The notes under the pieces: generated by a model | What the model saw: the letters and a program-made list of their open reading frames with translations, nothing else | Told to the model about the DNA's origin: nothing | Databases searched by the model: none | Made by a program: the position numbers and the translations under genes | Part shown: positions 1 through 8,771 of the stretch, piece by piece | How the letters are laid out: every line of letters starts with the position of its first letter | How positions within the stretch are numbered: position 1 is the first letter of the stretch | Source of the DNA: a virus | Reading direction: 5' to 3' (one strand) | IMG/VR virus record: IMGVR_UViG_3300015259_000001 | DNA length: 64,000 nucleotides

Positions 1-644
1 CGAGTTTGAGGAGCAGTGTATTGTTTAGATATATTGTAACTACCATGAACGAATAACTTAGGTCTAGTAGCAAAGGATACTTTATTGAGCCCTTCTGAAT
101 TAGACTTTATATTACCAAATTGAGCCCCGATAGGGCCTTGATGAGCTAGCACCAAATCCATTGGACCTTGAGAACAAGCTTTCTCGATCTCAGACCTAAG
201 ATACTTACCTTCAGTAAGTTTACAATCCATAGAATTATATACTGTAGGACTAAATACTTTGCCTACGCCTACTATAGTCATAGACTCTGAAGCGCCTCGT
301 AATAGAGTAGAATATCCATTAACTAACCAATGTAGGTTGGGTAGAAGCATCATTTCTTGTCTAGCTTTTTTTAAGTTTAACCAAGCATGATCTTCATGCT
401 TACCAGCTACGAATAGGGTAGGACGAATAAGAGGAGTACTATGCAGATAATATCGTTGAAAATCCCCGGCTCCACCGTGCTTTTTAACCGCTCTTCCGGC
501 TCTCATAGGATCGGGCCAAATACCGAAATTCCCAGTATTCAACACCCATTCAGCCTTAACACCTATCTTTTTTTCGGTAGATAGGATAGCTTCTTGGAAC
601 TTATCCAGTTGTCCAAAGATTGGACCAGTAAGAAAGATTATCAT
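1..644 (-). CDS. Partial (runs off window) calcineurin-like metallophosphoesterase-fold protein, Dbr1-like, with degenerate metal ligands
   Basis: Hand translation from ATG 644, no stop to the edge: MIIFLTGPIFGQLDKF...VLNTGNFG...GDFQRYY...PTLFVAGKHED...LVLAHQGP...LFVHGSY. Motif spacing matches MPE motifs I-V. Not in the ORF track. Confidence 0.7.
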   Translation of the reverse strand, partial: MIIFLTGPIFGQLDKFQEAILSTEKKIGVKAEWVLNTGNFGIWPDPMRAGRAVKKHGGAGDFQRYYLHSTPLIRPTLFVAGKHEDHAWLNLKKARQEMMLLPNLHWLVNGYSTLLRGASESMTIVGVGKVFSPTVYNSMDCKLTEGKYLRSEIEKACSQGPMDLVLAHQGPIGAQFGNIKSNSEGLNKVSFATRPKLFVHGSYNISKQYTAPQT

Positions 645-652
645 ACGTAGAC

Positions 653-1030
653 TTACTGTCCTATGCCTTTAAACATTTTATCTAATTTTTTAAGGTCTTC
701 TCGTAAATCCTCTGCGATCTTCTTAACCGCAGCTACCTGTAGTTCATACTTAGCAATGCGCTCTTCTACACTCTTGACTGTACTATCTACCTTCTTATCT
801 AAAGTGTCGATATCCTTTTCCATAGCCAAAAAGCTATTATGTACGCGTTTCTGTAGTCGCTCAAAGATCTCTATAGTAGCTTCATTAGCTACGTTTCTAA
901 CTCCTTTAGAGAACGTATCACCAATTCGTTTTAGTTGATCTAGCTTATTCATAGAGACACTTCCATGAATAACACGGAAAAGATCACTAACTATATCATA
1001 CATAATTTCATTAGCGGGTTTTTGGTTCAT
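653..1030 (-). CDS. Hypothetical protein, coiled-coil
   Basis: 125-aa ORF in a tightly packed minus-strand run; heptad-like C-terminal half. Confidence 0.6.
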   Translation of the reverse strand: MNQKPANEIMYDIVSDLFRVIHGSVSMNKLDQLKRIGDTFSKGVRNVANEATIEIFERLQKRVHNSFLAMEKDIDTLDKKVDSTVKSVEERIAKYELQVAAVKKIAEDLREDLKKLDKMFKGIGQ

Positions 1031-1385
1031 CGAATACCTCTCCTAATTGTTTGTCTGCGAATATTAAGTGATCTGCCATAGCTTTAGCTACTCGGGTACC
1101 TAAATCCCCTTGTGCAGCAGTTATAAACTCTCTAATTGCCTTCTTGCTTGTCGGGAACTGTCGTAATCGAGCAAGAGATTCTTTTACGGGGCAGGATTTA
1201 CCTGACGGAAAATAGATAGCGCCTTTACGAAGAGGGCTTATACCTCCCTCAAGATCGGCAATGATCTGAGAAATAAACTCAAGAGCCAGAGTAACATCCG
1301 GTACTATATCCGGATTTACTACAGGTTCAGGTTTCTGTATTCCACGTTCTGCGTTTATATCAATAGGATCGAAATATTTACTCAT
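1011..1385 (-). CDS. Hypothetical protein
   Basis: 124-aa ORF overlapping neighbours, operon context. Confidence 0.6.
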   Translation of the reverse strand: MSKYFDPIDINAERGIQKPEPVVNPDIVPDVTLALEFISQIIADLEGGISPLRKGAIYFPSGKSCPVKESLARLRQFPTSKKAIREFITAAQGDLGTRVAKAMADHLIFADKQLGEVFDEPKTR

Positions 1386-1660
1386 ATATTCCTCGGCAAT
1401 TCAGGGTCTAGTGATACCTCCTCAATAGAATATTCAGTCCCAGTATAGTCTATTACCATATAATAGTCATAAGGGTTGATCCCTATATGGCGCAAACGAC
1501 CTGCACGACCTGCACGACTCTTGAACAATTCGGACGCATACTTCTGAGCCCCTTCTTTCCACTCCTCGGCTCGTTTAAGATCTGTAAATGCCGCTACCAC
1601 CCATTCAGATCTGTCGGAGTACTCTCCGGTACTTCCATGTACTATAAAAATACTACTCAT
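1382..1660 (-). CDS. Hypothetical phage protein
   Basis: 92-aa ORF coupled to the recombinase stop. Confidence 0.6.
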   Translation of the reverse strand: MSSIFIVHGSTGEYSDRSEWVVAAFTDLKRAEEWKEGAQKYASELFKSRAGRAGRLRHIGINPYDYYMVIDYTGTEYSIEEVSLDPELPRNI

Positions 1661-2474
1661 AGAACTCTACCTCTAAATCATCATTGATTGCTTGCCAATA
1701 ATAATCAAGCGTTGTACTAACCTTATTGTGTCCCAATACTTTTGCGACATCTCTAGGACTCCAGCCACTCTCAAGTGCTAGTGTCGCAAACGTGTGTCGG
1801 AGTCCGTGGAACGTTAATACAGGTATTTTAGCACATCTACACAGAGTCTGCAATGCCTCATTTGGTACCTTCCCTTTGAACAAAAAGTCACCCTCTTTGC
1901 CGGGTTTGATATAGTTACTGATTACTGTTTCTACTTCAAGAGTCATCTTAACCGTGCGTGGTTTACCCGTCTTAGTATTAACTATACTAAGTTTTCTGTT
2001 TAAAAGATTAATATCCTTTCCCCGTAACCCGAAGATCTCTCCCGGCCTCATGCCCGTATGTAGTCCGATAAGCATCAAATCATATAGGTATCTGTTTGTC
2101 TCTAGGGCTGTTTTTAGCGCAGTTCTTGCTTGATCCTTGGTCCATGCCTTAACCGGCTCCTGATTGTGGTTCTGAAGCGATCTGGTGAGGCGAGGAGCTT
2201 TTATGTCTATTCCTCTATTTATTCTAACCCATCGTTTAAATATAGCTGCTAGTAACCTTATAGTGCCCGGTTTAAGATCATTTCCTTCCCATGTTTTAAC
2301 CATACCGATTAGAGCCGATTCATCCCACTGTTTAACACAGCATAGATACGGCTCGATATGATTTTTAAAAAGAGACCGCTGTGATCTTATTGTGGTTTTC
2401 CGACCGAAAAAGAGTTCTTCCGACATGTGAGGAAGTATAGCAAATATCTCGGCAGTTTTCAGGCCGGTTTTCAC
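1653..2474 (-). CDS. Tyrosine recombinase/integrase (short, Xer-sized, no arm-binding domain)
   Basis: TGMRPGEI (R), KTGKPR (K), FHGLRHTFAT (HxxR), LGHNKVSTTLDYY (H/Y). Confidence 0.92.
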   Translation of the reverse strand: MKTGLKTAEIFAILPHMSEELFFGRKTTIRSQRSLFKNHIEPYLCCVKQWDESALIGMVKTWEGNDLKPGTIRLLAAIFKRWVRINRGIDIKAPRLTRSLQNHNQEPVKAWTKDQARTALKTALETNRYLYDLMLIGLHTGMRPGEIFGLRGKDINLLNRKLSIVNTKTGKPRTVKMTLEVETVISNYIKPGKEGDFLFKGKVPNEALQTLCRCAKIPVLTFHGLRHTFATLALESGWSPRDVAKVLGHNKVSTTLDYYWQAINDDLEVEFYE

Positions 2475-2490
2475 TTTAGTAATTACAAAA

Positions 2491-2503
2491 TGGTATACTA
2501 TTA
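2491..2503 (+). promoter_or_regulatory. Recurrent extended -10-type promoter motif TGGTATACTATTA
   Basis: TGn-TATACT directly upstream of SD GAGGAG and the first plus-arm gene; motif recurs upstream of other plus-arm genes. Confidence 0.7.
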
Positions 2504-2516
2504 TTGAGGAGACTAT

Positions 2517-2771
2517 ATGTCTGAACCAATGATTCTAGTAGGCTTTGGTAAGCATGATTTAAAGGATCTTTGGGCAAATAGAAATACGCTTGAAGGTGAA
2601 GCATTACTATACGAAGCTATCACTGTAAAACATTGGCCTCCACGATATAGACGCCTTGCAATTTGCAATACAGAAGAGGTAACGGTATTCCAAGAATACC
2701 TAAGATGGATGCTTAATTCTATGTCTCAATCAGAGGAAAATTCAGAAGATGCTGACGACAATCGCTCCTAA
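2517..2771 (+). CDS. Hypothetical protein
   Basis: 84-aa ORF with GAGGAG SD. Confidence 0.6.
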   Translation: MSEPMILVGFGKHDLKDLWANRNTLEGEALLYEAITVKHWPPRYRRLAICNTEEVTVFQEYLRWMLNSMSQSEENSEDADDNRS

Positions 2772-3063
2772 TTACACACGCCTTACGCTAGCAGCTAATA
2801 GAACTATAACATCTGCTAGTATTGTTGTTTTTGGCTGGTCTGTAACTAGTTCAAGTGCTACCCAACGTACAGTAACGTTTCAAGACAAAGATGGTAATGT
2901 TTATCAGGATGTTGTTATTGGACCCGGTAATGCGGGTGTTAGTTCATTCGAAAAAAGCAATATACCATTTCTTGCTGCAAACGGATTAACTGTAGCTATC
3001 AGCGCAGCCGATGCAGATGTTAAATTCACTGTATTCCATACTAATATCGCCGGCGCGAGTTAA
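2749..3063 (+). CDS. Small beta-rich virion protein, paralog family A (with 14624 and 15530)
   Basis: Shared pattern (I/T)VFG...V..qD......v.p....F/W(L/I)A..GL.(V/I)...V.V.VF with the other two copies. Confidence 0.65.
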   Translation: MLTTIAPNYTRLTLAANRTITSASIVVFGWSVTSSSATQRTVTFQDKDGNVYQDVVIGPGNAGVSSFEKSNIPFLAANGLTVAISAADADVKFTVFHTNIAGAS

Positions 3064-3065
3064 TA

Positions 3066-3392
3066 TTGTCATGGACGGTCTTAGCCGAACCCACTATTAC
3101 CTCGTCCACATGGTATGTGGATGCCGATCTTAGTGGGTCCCTTGCTCTTTGGTACGTCAGAAGCAGTGCTCATGACCAAGCCAAAGGCGAGTGGTATGTT
3201 GCGGCTATAGACTTAGATGACAGCGAGCCGTGGAGAGCTTGGATTTCAAACCCGGATTTGCCGAATACAACGTTCTTAAGGAAGAGTGAAGCCCCGGAAG
3301 ACTTCCTAGTTAATCCTGAGGATGTAGGTACAACGCCTGAAAATACCCAAGCTGATTATGAGGACTGGACAATACTTCCTGACCCGGATTAA
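3066..3392 (+). CDS. Hypothetical acidic protein
   Basis: 108-aa ORF, start apparently TTG. Confidence 0.55.
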   Translation: MSWTVLAEPTITSSTWYVDADLSGSLALWYVRSSAHDQAKGEWYVAAIDLDDSEPWRAWISNPDLPNTTFLRKSEAPEDFLVNPEDVGTTPENTQADYEDWTILPDPD

Positions 3393-3394
3393 GT

Positions 3395-4093
3395 ATGAGC
3401 GTAGATACACTAACATTCTACCATCCTTTGCCTGTATTCGGGGTAGCATTAAGCCGACAATGGGATGAATTCCGGCACGACTTCCGACAACTATCCACGC
3501 TAGTTCGAGCCGCCTATGCGGACATTTCAAACACCCCGGGGGATCATGATCTGTCCGGTTGGGCCTTAGGCGAACTCGACTTTCATAACCGCTTCAGAAC
3601 ATTCTACGATAAAGTTAATAGACAATTTAAAATTCAGATAAACACCGGCACTGTAGCCGTTCCTATCTGGACTGACGCTCTACAGATCCGTAGGAGCGAC
3701 GGTCGTGTTATTGCAGCGGGTACTGGTGGATTCCAATCTTTACAGGGGTTCTATCAACTTGACCCACCGGATGTAACATTTAGGGAAACGGCTGGACCTG
3801 AATTTACCGGCAAGGACGTAATTGAATTCCTATCTAATGATTTCTACCTTACTGGAACTGCTCTAGGTAATCCTCAACTTGCACTAAATAATCCAAAAAT
3901 GAAGCAAGTTGTTCATTTTGATGGGGTAGTAGAGTTTAATGTTTCCCATTCATTCCCTGATGATAACTTTACATATGCTGTATATGATGACGATAAAAAG
4001 TCAATTATTCCAGATGCAGTATTCGCGTATAGGACAGGGGTGGATTTCTACTTGCCTAGACAAGCTAGTGGAAGAGCAGTGCTTATATGGTAA
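3395..4093 (+). CDS. Putative virion/tail-associated protein sharing a ~45-aa module with the 15820 fibre
   Basis: GFYQLDPPDVTFRETAGPEFTGKDVIEFLSNDFYLTGTALGNPQLAL resembles two segments of ORF 15820. Confidence 0.55.
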   Translation: MSVDTLTFYHPLPVFGVALSRQWDEFRHDFRQLSTLVRAAYADISNTPGDHDLSGWALGELDFHNRFRTFYDKVNRQFKIQINTGTVAVPIWTDALQIRRSDGRVIAAGTGGFQSLQGFYQLDPPDVTFRETAGPEFTGKDVIEFLSNDFYLTGTALGNPQLALNNPKMKQVVHFDGVVEFNVSHSFPDDNFTYAVYDDDKKSIIPDAVFAYRTGVDFYLPRQASGRAVLIW

Positions 4094-4097
4094 TGAA

Positions 4098-4110
4098 TGA
4101 TATACTATTA
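4098..4110 (+). promoter_or_regulatory. Promoter motif TGATATACTATTA
   Basis: Intergenic copy; downstream TAGGACTATA is shared with the copy at 30074. Confidence 0.7.
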
Positions 4111-4136
4111 CTAGGACTATACCTAAAGGAGAGGAT

Positions 4137-4460
4137 ATGAGTGACGAAAAAGATTACAGTAGAGAAGATCAGGCCGCAATAAGGTCAATAGAGAAACGAC
4201 TAAATAGACAAGAGCAGCTTGCTACCGCGTCTGCGGAAATGGTTAAGAAGCTGGCTAAAGAGGCGTTTAGAGATAAAGCAACCAGAAACTCTATTGCACG
4301 GGATTGTATCGAGGGAATTCAGGGTAGAATAAGAACAAGTGATGACCCTCGTAGGTTTGTTGGCAAAGATGGAGCTAGAGTCCCATCTAGCATGATCGAG
4401 GAACCATTACCTACAGGTTATGATAAGTTCCCATGGCAGGATGATAGCGAGGACGAATAA
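4137..4460 (+). CDS. Hypothetical protein
   Basis: 107-aa ORF, SD AAAGGAGAGG. Confidence 0.65.
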   Translation: MSDEKDYSREDQAAIRSIEKRLNRQEQLATASAEMVKKLAKEAFRDKATRNSIARDCIEGIQGRIRTSDDPRRFVGKDGARVPSSMIEEPLPTGYDKFPWQDDSEDE

Positions 4461-4798
4461 TGGCTTTATGGGGAAAGGACAAGGAGTTTATTTCTTTAAT
4501 AACTGCTCAAATAGATCAGTTAAAGGAAGAGAATAAGTATCTTCGAAAACAAGTAGAAAATCTACAAGAGGCTTTGATTGCTAAAGAATCACCTCTAGCT
4601 TATAGAGATCTTAAAGCAGATCAAGCTTCTATTAATACTCCTGATAAGGATAGAAACGTAGATAGTAGACTTCTTAACGAATTTATAGCTGCTAGAGAGA
4701 AAGACCTATTTGTCGATGTAGATGAATTAATTTCAGCATTAGGACAATTAGGCGGTGTTCCGCAAGCAGCGCCTATCGGTGATGGAGAAGAAGGTTAA
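4460..4798 (+). CDS. Hypothetical coiled-coil protein upstream of the portal
   Basis: TAATG coupling; heptad N-terminus. Confidence 0.65.
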   Translation: MALWGKDKEFISLITAQIDQLKEENKYLRKQVENLQEALIAKESPLAYRDLKADQASINTPDKDRNVDSRLLNEFIAAREKDLFVDVDELISALGQLGGVPQAAPIGDGEEG

Positions 4799-5181
4799 TG
4801 GCTAAGAAACTACCTAAAGGTGCTCAATCTCTTAGTGATATCGCTAAAATGCGAGGTAGAGGAGGGCAAATACTTAGCAGAGAACGAGTTAGAAGTAATG
4901 TATTATTTTCGGGTAATCTCCCTGAAGAAACTAGAAAAGGTGTAAAAGCATGGGGGGTTAGTAAGACTGCTAAGAAAGTTGTTGGAGATCCTGAGGTTCT
5001 TAAAGCTATAACTAGGTCTGTATATCAAAGATCCCATATGGCAGAACAACTTGCTAGGAAAGCAAGTAAACTTGGAGCTATAGGACAAATAGCTACTCTA
5101 CCATCTCAACTAGAAGAGTATAAAGAACGCATGAAGCCTCTTCATAAGAAAGAGCAAGAACGAAGTGCTAGAGGTATTTAA
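4798..5181 (+). CDS. Basic hypothetical protein
   Basis: K/R-rich 127 aa, TAATG coupled on both sides. Confidence 0.6.
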   Translation: MAKKLPKGAQSLSDIAKMRGRGGQILSRERVRSNVLFSGNLPEETRKGVKAWGVSKTAKKVVGDPEVLKAITRSVYQRSHMAEQLARKASKLGAIGQIATLPSQLEEYKERMKPLHKKEQERSARGI

Positions 5182-7385
5182 TGGCTAATCAGCAGCTAAA
5201 CGAGAAATTTAAACAGGGTCAGTTATACCTAGCTGATCATCTTAAATGGATGGATCCCGCAGCCGCAGCAGCTATTTCTAGTTATGCTAATGCTGTAGAT
5301 ATTAATCGCCAGAGTCGAATGTGGCGTAGATCTTTAGGTTGGGTAGAAAATATATTCTTCGGTGCAGGTAAGCACTATGTAGATGATATTCTCATATCTC
5401 GATTGTCTAGAGACGGTAATACAGGTGAAATATCTAGCTTACGCGATTCTGCACGTAATATGCCTAGACCAGTAAATGATTTACTTGGTCGGTATATTGA
5501 GACTAATGTTGCCCTTTTAACAGAAAATAGACCTCGTCCCCGTGTAACAGCTAAGAGTGATCGGCGCGACGATATGAAATCGGCAGAGCTTTCAGAGTTA
5601 ACCATGGAGTATCTATGGGAAGCTCTAACTATGCCAGAAAAACATCGTGAACTAGCTCGAATGATACTTTATTGTGGAACGGCGTGGCTTGAGGTCTTTT
5701 ATGACGAACTGGCTGTAAGACATCCAGTAGGGGGACAAACTGAAGAAGAAAGTTCCTTCGCTGTTCCTAGCGAAGAGGGGGAACCTGTAAATATAAATTT
5801 CAGTAGAACAGTAACCTCTCGAAGAGGTCAAAAGTCTAAGATTGAATTCGGAGAGGTTGTTGCTAATGTTATCTCTCCTTTTGAAATGCACTTACCTATG
5901 GTTCATTACTGGAACGGTGAAGATATGGGATGGGTGCTTAGGGAGTATTATACTCCTATTTCAGCTTTACAAGATAAGTATGGTTCTTCTGGAACTACAG
6001 GAGTTCTAACTAAAAAGAATGGTTGGAATATTGATGCTCTTAAGGAATTACGAGATGGAGTAGGAGGTAAAGGTAGTGTCTCTCCGCAGAATTTGCCCTT
6101 ATGGTGGTATGAACGGCTTACTGATCTCGTTGAAGGTCCGGGGCCTTCTCTTTACGTTGGTACTCCTGAAACTTGGTCGGGCTATACTGTAGTTAGAGTA
6201 TTCGATAGAAAGCCTTCTCCAATGTGGCCTAATGGTAGAACTATTATAGTAGCTGGAGATCAACTTCTATATGACTCACCTAAAGATAAAGGTGCTAGAG
6301 CTTTTGACCCCCGCTGGCCTAATCGTTGGCATCCTTATATAAGATATCATTGGGAATCAATGATCGGTAGTATATATGCTAGATCTCTAGTATCTAAATT
6401 GCTACCCAAGATTAAAAGAGTTAACAATATAGATACAACAGCAATAATGTATCGAAGAACAGTACCCATTGCATCATGGATTGTACCTAAAGGTACTGTT
6501 GTTGTTGAAGACTTCTTTACAGGTGGGCAGGGTGGGCAGATACTCGAATACGATCCTAGACGAACCAATAATCAGGCTCCCGAACCAATATTTCCTGCAG
6601 CTTTTCCTGATGCTATTCTCAATGAAAGAGCAACTCAGATCGCAGAAATGGAAGCAATTGCAGGTACAGAAGGAGTTCTTCGTGGAGAACGTCCTGAAGG
6701 CGTTAACTCTGCTACTATGTTAGAGGTACTACGAAAGCAAGCTTTGGCTTCTAGATCTGCTATTCTTCAGGCATGGGATGAATCCTTACAGGATACCGGA
6801 ACTGCTCTACTTCAGGAAACTGTTAAGCACGTTAAGAAAGACAAACGTTATGCTGAGCGTATTCGTTTGCTTGCGCGCGAAAAGGGCATTAGCCGTATGA
6901 CTATACAGGATTTTAGCGGCTCTGATCTACAAGATAACGTTATTGTTCGAGTAGATACTGCCAGTATGGCTCTTGTATCTAAGGAAGCTAGACAACAAAG
7001 AGTACTCGAAGTTCTACAATATCTACCTAATCTAATGAATGTACCGCTAGGACTTCAGCAAAATATGTTCGACGAACTACAGATTAAGGGAGATCTAAAC
7101 CCCGCTGGACCTGATGTTGATAGAGCTAAGGCAATGATCGTCTGGATTAAGAACGGCACATTTGAAAGAGTTATACCGTTCCCAGAGGATAACCCCTATG
7201 TATTCCACGAATTGCTTGTAGCTGAAATGAAGGACGAGTCTTTCTATGATTGGCCCGAACAGTCACAGATGATGCTATTCGAGATGGTAGGACTATACCA
7301 GCAACAGATTGAGCTAATCGAGAAACAGCAACTAGACATGCAGAAGAAGATGATGCAAGAGGGTGGCGGTGGACAGCCAGCTTAG
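5181..7385 (+). CDS. Portal protein (P22/podovirus-like)
   Basis: 734 aa upstream of scaffold/MCP; ENRPRPRV, ISPFEM, GERPEGVNSA, helical barrel-like C-terminus. Confidence 0.85.
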   Translation: MANQQLNEKFKQGQLYLADHLKWMDPAAAAAISSYANAVDINRQSRMWRRSLGWVENIFFGAGKHYVDDILISRLSRDGNTGEISSLRDSARNMPRPVNDLLGRYIETNVALLTENRPRPRVTAKSDRRDDMKSAELSELTMEYLWEALTMPEKHRELARMILYCGTAWLEVFYDELAVRHPVGGQTEEESSFAVPSEEGEPVNINFSRTVTSRRGQKSKIEFGEVVANVISPFEMHLPMVHYWNGEDMGWVLREYYTPISALQDKYGSSGTTGVLTKKNGWNIDALKELRDGVGGKGSVSPQNLPLWWYERLTDLVEGPGPSLYVGTPETWSGYTVVRVFDRKPSPMWPNGRTIIVAGDQLLYDSPKDKGARAFDPRWPNRWHPYIRYHWESMIGSIYARSLVSKLLPKIKRVNNIDTTAIMYRRTVPIASWIVPKGTVVVEDFFTGGQGGQILEYDPRRTNNQAPEPIFPAAFPDAILNERATQIAEMEAIAGTEGVLRGERPEGVNSATMLEVLRKQALASRSAILQAWDESLQDTGTALLQETVKHVKKDKRYAERIRLLAREKGISRMTIQDFSGSDLQDNVIVRVDTASMALVSKEARQQRVLEVLQYLPNLMNVPLGLQQNMFDELQIKGDLNPAGPDVDRAKAMIVWIKNGTFERVIPFPEDNPYVFHELLVAEMKDESFYDWPEQSQMMLFEMVGLYQQQIELIEKQQLDMQKKMMQEGGGGQPA

Positions 7386-7407
7386 CATGGAAAAGGGAAG
7401 ATAGATA

Positions 7408-7602
7408 ATGAAATCTATAGGACATTCTTTTGGTATCCTAAAAGGTTATAAATCAGGAAATCCTGAAGAAGCTAAGCAATTTATTGGAAATATGCATCCT
7501 GCTGAAGTACGAGAACGAAGTAGGCAGGAGTCACAGAATAAGAATAAACTTAGAAAAAAAGCTTTAAGGGTAGGTACAATGCCTAGAAGATGGGATAAAT
7601 AA
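7408..7602 (+). CDS. Small basic hypothetical protein
   Basis: 64 aa, coupled to next ORF. Confidence 0.55.
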   Translation: MKSIGHSFGILKGYKSGNPEEAKQFIGNMHPAEVRERSRQESQNKNKLRKKALRVGTMPRRWDK

Positions 7603-7862
7603 TGGCGATTAAAGATAAAGTAAAAAGTAAATCCAAGTCTAATGGTTCTCTAGCATCTAAGGCTAAGGCCCGCGCTAATGAACCTGTTACTGTCGGTGCA
7701 GAACAAACGGTAAAAGAAGCTGCAACAGGTAATTTATCGGCTCCTGCTCCATTACCTACACAGGTAAAAGAACCTCTTCCTGATTATCCTTATATAAAGT
7801 CGTATGCTATGATTCCCGCACTACGTAAGGGTGGTGGTCTACAAGGCGGCGGAGCCTCGTAA
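7602..7862 (+). CDS. Small basic hypothetical protein
   Basis: 86 aa, K/A-rich. Confidence 0.55.
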   Translation: MAIKDKVKSKSKSNGSLASKAKARANEPVTVGAEQTVKEAATGNLSAPAPLPTQVKEPLPDYPYIKSYAMIPALRKGGGLQGGGAS

Positions 7863-8474
7863 ATGATCTTAATTACGGGTGAGGGCCGTTCTGGAACAAC
7901 CTTAATGTGGGAGATATTTACTCTGTTAGGGTTTGATGGCGGAGGCCACATAGAATACTTAAGAGAAGTTAAAGTAAATAATACTACTAAATTTCCAGAG
8001 GTTATTAAGCATGGTGGTTTCTCAGAGAACTTGAAAAAATGGATAGATGAATATCACTGGAAAGTGGATTATTTATTCTATATGGCTAATGATATGGAAA
8101 CATGTGTAGCTAAACGATTATATGGTAATAAAGAAGTAGCACAAACTTCCCCATGGTATAAAGCCCCTATTATTTCTCCTAAAACTCTTAATGTGAGTTC
8201 AGAAGAGTTTAATTCTTGGTCGCAAAAAGAACAAGAAAAAGCGGTCTCTAGTTTATACTACAGAAGATTAGGTCATGCAGCTTATAATGCTATTGAATGC
8301 GAAATACCGTTTACAGCAGTTCATTATCAACGATTCTGTAAAGATTTCCAATACGCTTGTTCTATAATCGAGCCACTATTAAAGCTTAATAAATTTACTA
8401 TGGATCAATTTAAAAAAGTGCATAATGAACATATCGACCTCAAACAAGTAAGACCTTGGGCTAGACATGACTAA
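7863..8474 (+). CDS. Sulfotransferase-like P-loop protein
   Basis: N-terminal ILITGEGRSGTTLM matches the 5'-PSB loop; VHYQRF resembles the (V/I)xYEDL motif; the 3'-PB motif is degenerate. Confidence 0.55.
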   Translation: MILITGEGRSGTTLMWEIFTLLGFDGGGHIEYLREVKVNNTTKFPEVIKHGGFSENLKKWIDEYHWKVDYLFYMANDMETCVAKRLYGNKEVAQTSPWYKAPIISPKTLNVSSEEFNSWSQKEQEKAVSSLYYRRLGHAAYNAIECEIPFTAVHYQRFCKDFQYACSIIEPLLKLNKFTMDQFKKVHNEHIDLKQVRPWARHD

Positions 8475-8499
8475 CTATTCTACGTTAGGAGATAACCTT

Positions 8500-8622
8500 A
8501 TGAGAAAGTACCCACAAGGCGTACCTGCCAAAGGTAGACCGGATTTATGGACTTTAGGTTTGCTTAAAAGTAATAAACGTTTACTCGATCTTAAAGGACG
8601 AGCAAAGCAAAGGATAAGATAA
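8500..8622 (+). CDS. 40-aa basic microprotein
   Basis: Hand translation MRKYPQGVPAKGRPDLWTLGLLKSNKRLLDLKGRAKQRIR; SD TAGGAG; TAATG coupling. Confidence 0.5.
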   Translation: MRKYPQGVPAKGRPDLWTLGLLKSNKRLLDLKGRAKQRIR

Positions 8623-8771
8623 TGCCACTAGGAGAATACTTTAAAGGAAAAGGACGTAAAGTCTTAGAATCTATGAAAAAGAAATACGGAGAAAAGAAGG
8701 GAAAATCCGTATTTTATGCCACAGCCAAAACAAAAAAAATGGAACCTAAGGATAAAAAGAAAGAAGACTAA
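8622..8771 (+). CDS. 49-aa lysine-rich microprotein
   Basis: Hand translation MPLGEYFKGKGRKVLESMKKKYGEKKGKSVFYATAKTKKMEPKDKKKED; coupled at both ends. Confidence 0.6.
   Translation: MPLGEYFKGKGRKVLESMKKKYGEKKGKSVFYATAKTKKMEPKDKKKED

Noticed and set aside
1497-1518. 9-nt tandem repeat CGACCTGCA
   Set aside because: It encodes RAGRAGR in a small ORF; too short to interpret
4137-4460. Terminase small subunit call
   Set aside because: No HTH or other diagnostic motif; position alone is not enough
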